Shown one piece after another: positions 60,500-64,000 of a DNA stretch of 64,000 bases. The position numbers and the translations under genes were made by a program. The DNA comes from Hypanus sabinus (taxonomy: Eukaryota). Each line of letters starts with the position of its first letter. Position 1 is the first letter of the stretch. Below the pieces are notes generated by a model that was not told where the DNA came from, did no database searches, and saw only the letters and a list, made by a program, of their open reading frames with translations. Location: assembly GCF_030144855.1 (NCBI RefSeq), contig NC_082712.1:10044001-10108000 (forward strand). The letters run 5' to 3'.

Positions 60500-61390
60500 T
60501 AGGCCATCTCTGTTCAGCCTCCGGAGGGAGAGTTATCTTGACGTCCATTTTCGATGTCGTCACTTGCACAGCTCTGTCATTTTGGATTGGCAACAACAAC
60601 CCCTCCGCGGTCTCCATCAGCACAGGTGCATCACGACGCTGTGTGCTCAGTCCCCTGCTCGACTCGCTTTGCACTCATGACTGTGTGGCTCAGCACAGCT
60701 TCAGTGCGATATTCAAGTGTGCTGACGACACCGCTGTCACCGGCTGAATCAAAGGTGGTGGCCAATCAGCATAGAAGCTGGAGACTGAAAATCTGGCTGA
60801 GTGCTGCTGTAATGTCTTACTCAATGTCAGCAAGACCAAGGAGCTGAGTCTTGACTTCTGGAGGAGGAACAAAGAGATCCATAAGCGAGTACTCATGGGA
60901 GGATCAGAGGTGGAGAGGGTCAGTAACTTTAAATTCCTCCGTGTTACTATTTCCGAGAATCGACCCTGGACCCCCACCTACGTGCAATTGCAAAGCGCCG
61001 CTATTTCTTTATGAGTTTGCGAAGTATCGGCACGACATCTAAAACGTCGCCAAACTTGTACAGATGTGTGGTGGAGAGTTCATTGACTGGGTGCATCACA
61101 GCCTGACAGGGAAACGCCAATGCCCTTGAACGGAAAATCATACAAATGTAATGGATACGACAGAGTCCTTCACGGGTACAGCCTTCCCCACTATTGAACA
61201 CATGTACACAGGAGGCTGATGCAGGAAAGTAGCATCCATCATCAGGGACCCCGAGCACCCAGGGGTCCACCCAGTGAGCTCCGTCTCACTGCTATCTTTA
61301 GGAAGAATATACAGGGGTCTCAGGACTGGCAGAACGAGCGTCGGCAATACTTATTACCCCTTAAGCATCAGGCTTATGAACCAAAGGGAA
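60500..61390 (+). mobile_element. Rex1/Babar LINE RT fragment
   Basis: ISTGA..CVLSPLL.SL.THDCVA...FKCADDT. Confidence 0.8.
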
Positions 61391-62560
61391 TAACTTCATC
61401 AACTTCAGTTCAACATTAGATAATGAGACATAGGAACAGAATTAGGCCATTCACCCCATTGAGCCTTTCCCGCCATTCTATCAAGGCTGATCCAGATACA
61501 CTTGCCTTCTCGGCAAATCATTTGATGCCCTGACCGAGCAGGAAACGATCATCTTTCGCTTTAAATATGCCCACGGACTTGGCCTCCACCGCAGTCTGTG
61601 GCAGAGCCTTCCACGGATACATACTCTGGCGAAAAAATTTCTCCTTCGCTCTGTTGTAAAAGGTCACCCTTTAAATTAGACGGGGTGCGTTCTAGCTCTG
61701 GATACCTGCACCAGGGGAAAAATCCTCTCCACATCCACACTATATAGTCCTTTCAACATTCGGTAGGTTTCAATGAGATCTGCTCGCATTCTTCTAAATT
61801 GCAGAGAGTACAGGCAGAAAGCTGCCAAACAGAACTCCATGTTAACCCTTTCATTCCCGGAATTCTCTTCGTGAGCCTCCTCTGGACTCTCTCCAATGAC
61901 AACACATATTTTCGGTGATATGGGTCGAAAACTGTTTTTAGTCCTTGTAAGAACAGCAGTGTGTCTTGCTACACTCACCATATTCTCTGTAAATCAAACT
62001 TGCCAGCTCTTATAAGCTGCACCCCTGCACACTCCACGCTACATCAGCGCCCCCTCCCGCCACCACCACCACCACACATACATGCACGTTAACCATAAAA
62101 CTACGACTTGCTGTATTTGGAGAAAAAGAGCATTGCGAACAGTTTTTGGGCCCTGCTCTAAGAAAATATGGGCTGGTATTGGAGATGTTCCAGAAGACGT
62201 TCAGGAGAATGATTCGGGGAATGAGTGGGTTAACATAAGAGGTAAGTTTAATGGTCCAGGGACTGTATTCGATGGAGTTCAGAAGACTGGGTGGGGGTGA
62301 GCTCACTGAATTCTGTTGAAAGGTCAAGATAGAGGAGATGCTGAGAGAATGTTTCCGATAGTGGCGAGTCTAGGATCAGAAGGGACAGTCTCAGAGAAGA
62401 GGGATGTCCGATTAGAACTGAGATAAGGAGGAATTTCGTTAGTCGGGGCAGTGAATCTGTGAAATTCTTTTGTCACAGATGGCGGTGGACACAATGTCAT
62501 TGTCTATATTTAAAGCAGAGGTAGAAAGGTTCTTGATTAATGAGGAGGTCAAACATTACG
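61092..62560 (+). repeat. Second copy of the window-start segment
   Basis: Collinear with 1-1450 across TE junctions; diverges where a CR1 5' end begins at about 62590. Confidence 0.9.
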
Positions 62561-62589
62561 GGGAGAAGGCAGAAGATGGAATTTGGAGA

Positions 62590-64000
62590 AGGAAGTCTGA
62601 GAAACAGAACGGGAGTGCTGCGGGAGCCATTTTGATTTTTTCTTCTCATCGGAGTTAAGAGACGCGGGACTGCGCATGCGTGTGACGTCGGGCAGTAAAG
62701 CGTGGAAGATTTCAAAGGAACAGTCTTATACAGCGGGCAGCGGAGTGATCCGGGTACAGAGGCTTCGGCTCAAAGGGCTTAGGCGGAAACGAGCGAGGCA
62801 AGGTAGGTTTAGTTTTCTATTTACCTGTTATTTAAGGAAAGAGGGAATAATGAGTGTAAGGGCAGCTTGTTGTTTTCGGTGTCGGATGTGGGAAGTTCTG
62901 GAGTCTCCTAGCCTCCCGGACGCCTATACTTGCGTCAGGTGCGCCGAGCTGCAACTCCTAAGGGACCGCGTTAGGGAACTGGAGCTGCAGCTCGATGACC
63001 TTCACCTGGTCAGGGAGAGTGAGGAGTTGATAAAGAGGAGTTACCACACAGTTGGTCACACCGGGGCTACGGGAGGCAGACAAGTGGGTCACGGTTAAGA
63101 GAGGGAAGGGGAAGAGTCAGGTACTAGAGAGTACCCCAGTGGCTGTAACCCTTGACAATAAGTACTCCTGTTTGAGTACTGTTGGGGTGGGGGACAGCCT
63201 ATCTGGGGAAAGCAACAATGGCCGTGCCTGCGGCACAGAGTCCGGATCTGCAGCTCAGAAGGGTAGGGAAAGGAAGAGGAAGGCAGTAGTAATAGGGGAC
63301 TCGATAGTTAGGGGGTCAGATAGGCGATTCTGTCGACGCAGTCAGGTGACCTGGATAGTAGTTTGCCTCCCGGGTGCCAGGGTTCGGGATGCTTCTGATC
63401 GCTTCCAAAATATCCTGAAGTAGGAGGGTGAGGAGTCAGAGGTCGTGGTACATATAGGTACAAATGACCTAGGTAGGAAATGGGAAGAGGTCCTGAAAGG
63501 ATAATATAGGGAGTTAGGAAGGGAGTTGAGAAGAAGGCCCGCAAAGGTAGTAATCTCGGGATTACTGCCTGTTCCACGCGACAGTGAGAGTAGGAATGGA
63601 ATGAGGTACAGGATAAATGCGTGGATGAGGGATTGGAGCAAGGGGCAGGGATTCAAGTTTCTAGATCACTGGGACCTCTTTTGGGGCGGGTGTGACCTGT
63701 TCAAAAAGCACGGGTTGCACTGGAATCCTAGAGGGACTAATATCCTGGCGGGGAGATTTGCTAAGACTACTAGGGAGACTTTAAACTAGAATGGTTGGGG
63801 GGTGTAACTCAAATTGAAGAGACGAAGAGAGAGCAGGTTGGTTCACAAATAGAGAAAGCTTGCAGACAGTGTGTGAGGGAGGATAGGCAGGTGATAGAGA
63901 AGGGGAACGCTCAGACCGAAGATGTAGGGGAGAAGGAAGAAAAAGAAGATAGTAAAGTTGTTTGCACAGCTGGGGATAAACAGAGAGTAAGGGGTGGATA
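62590..64000 (+). mobile_element. CR1 5' end: UTR plus ORF1 (Cys-rich N-terminus, coiled coil, SGNH-esterase-like), disrupted; runs off the window
   Basis: CFRCRMWEV...TCVRCAELQLLRDRVRELE; VIGDSIVRG; HIGTND; DGLHWNPRG-like motif. The UTR has TGCGCATGCG and TGACGTC. Confidence 0.9.

Overview
Vertebrate genomic DNA, most likely from a cartilaginous fish (ray/skate-like; inferred from the CR1, Penelope-tail, L1-Tx1, Rex-Babar and SINE content). Most of the window is retroelement debris, satellites and three assembly gaps. One host gene can be assembled by eye on the minus strand from canonical, phase-compatible exons: leader (26254-26194), IgV-1 (18374-17991), IgV-2 (12689-12300), transmembrane exon with an intramembrane Lys (11051-10952) and a candidate 4-residue tail exon (8002-7987), giving about 316 aa. 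IgV-1 closely resembles the Siglec-15 V-set domain, with the essential Arg and the 4-Cys pattern. The second domain, however, is another V-set domain lacking that Arg instead of the usual C2-set. The leader/promoter lies in a tandem duplication (about 22.4-39.7 kb vs 39.8-46.5 kb), so there are two leader exons, each followed by an identically truncated pseudo-V exon. Bases 1-1450 recur at about 61.1-62.6 kb, suggesting a larger tandem unit and a multigene cluster. Four solo LTRs are present (three with exact target-site duplications), along with nested L1-Tx1/CR1/Penelope elements, an RTE/BovB-type fragment and a sushi-type Gypsy gag relic. Most ORFs in the supplied track are TE- or repeat-derived. 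Protein comparisons are from memory, not database searches. TE boundaries are approximate unless a TSD is quoted.
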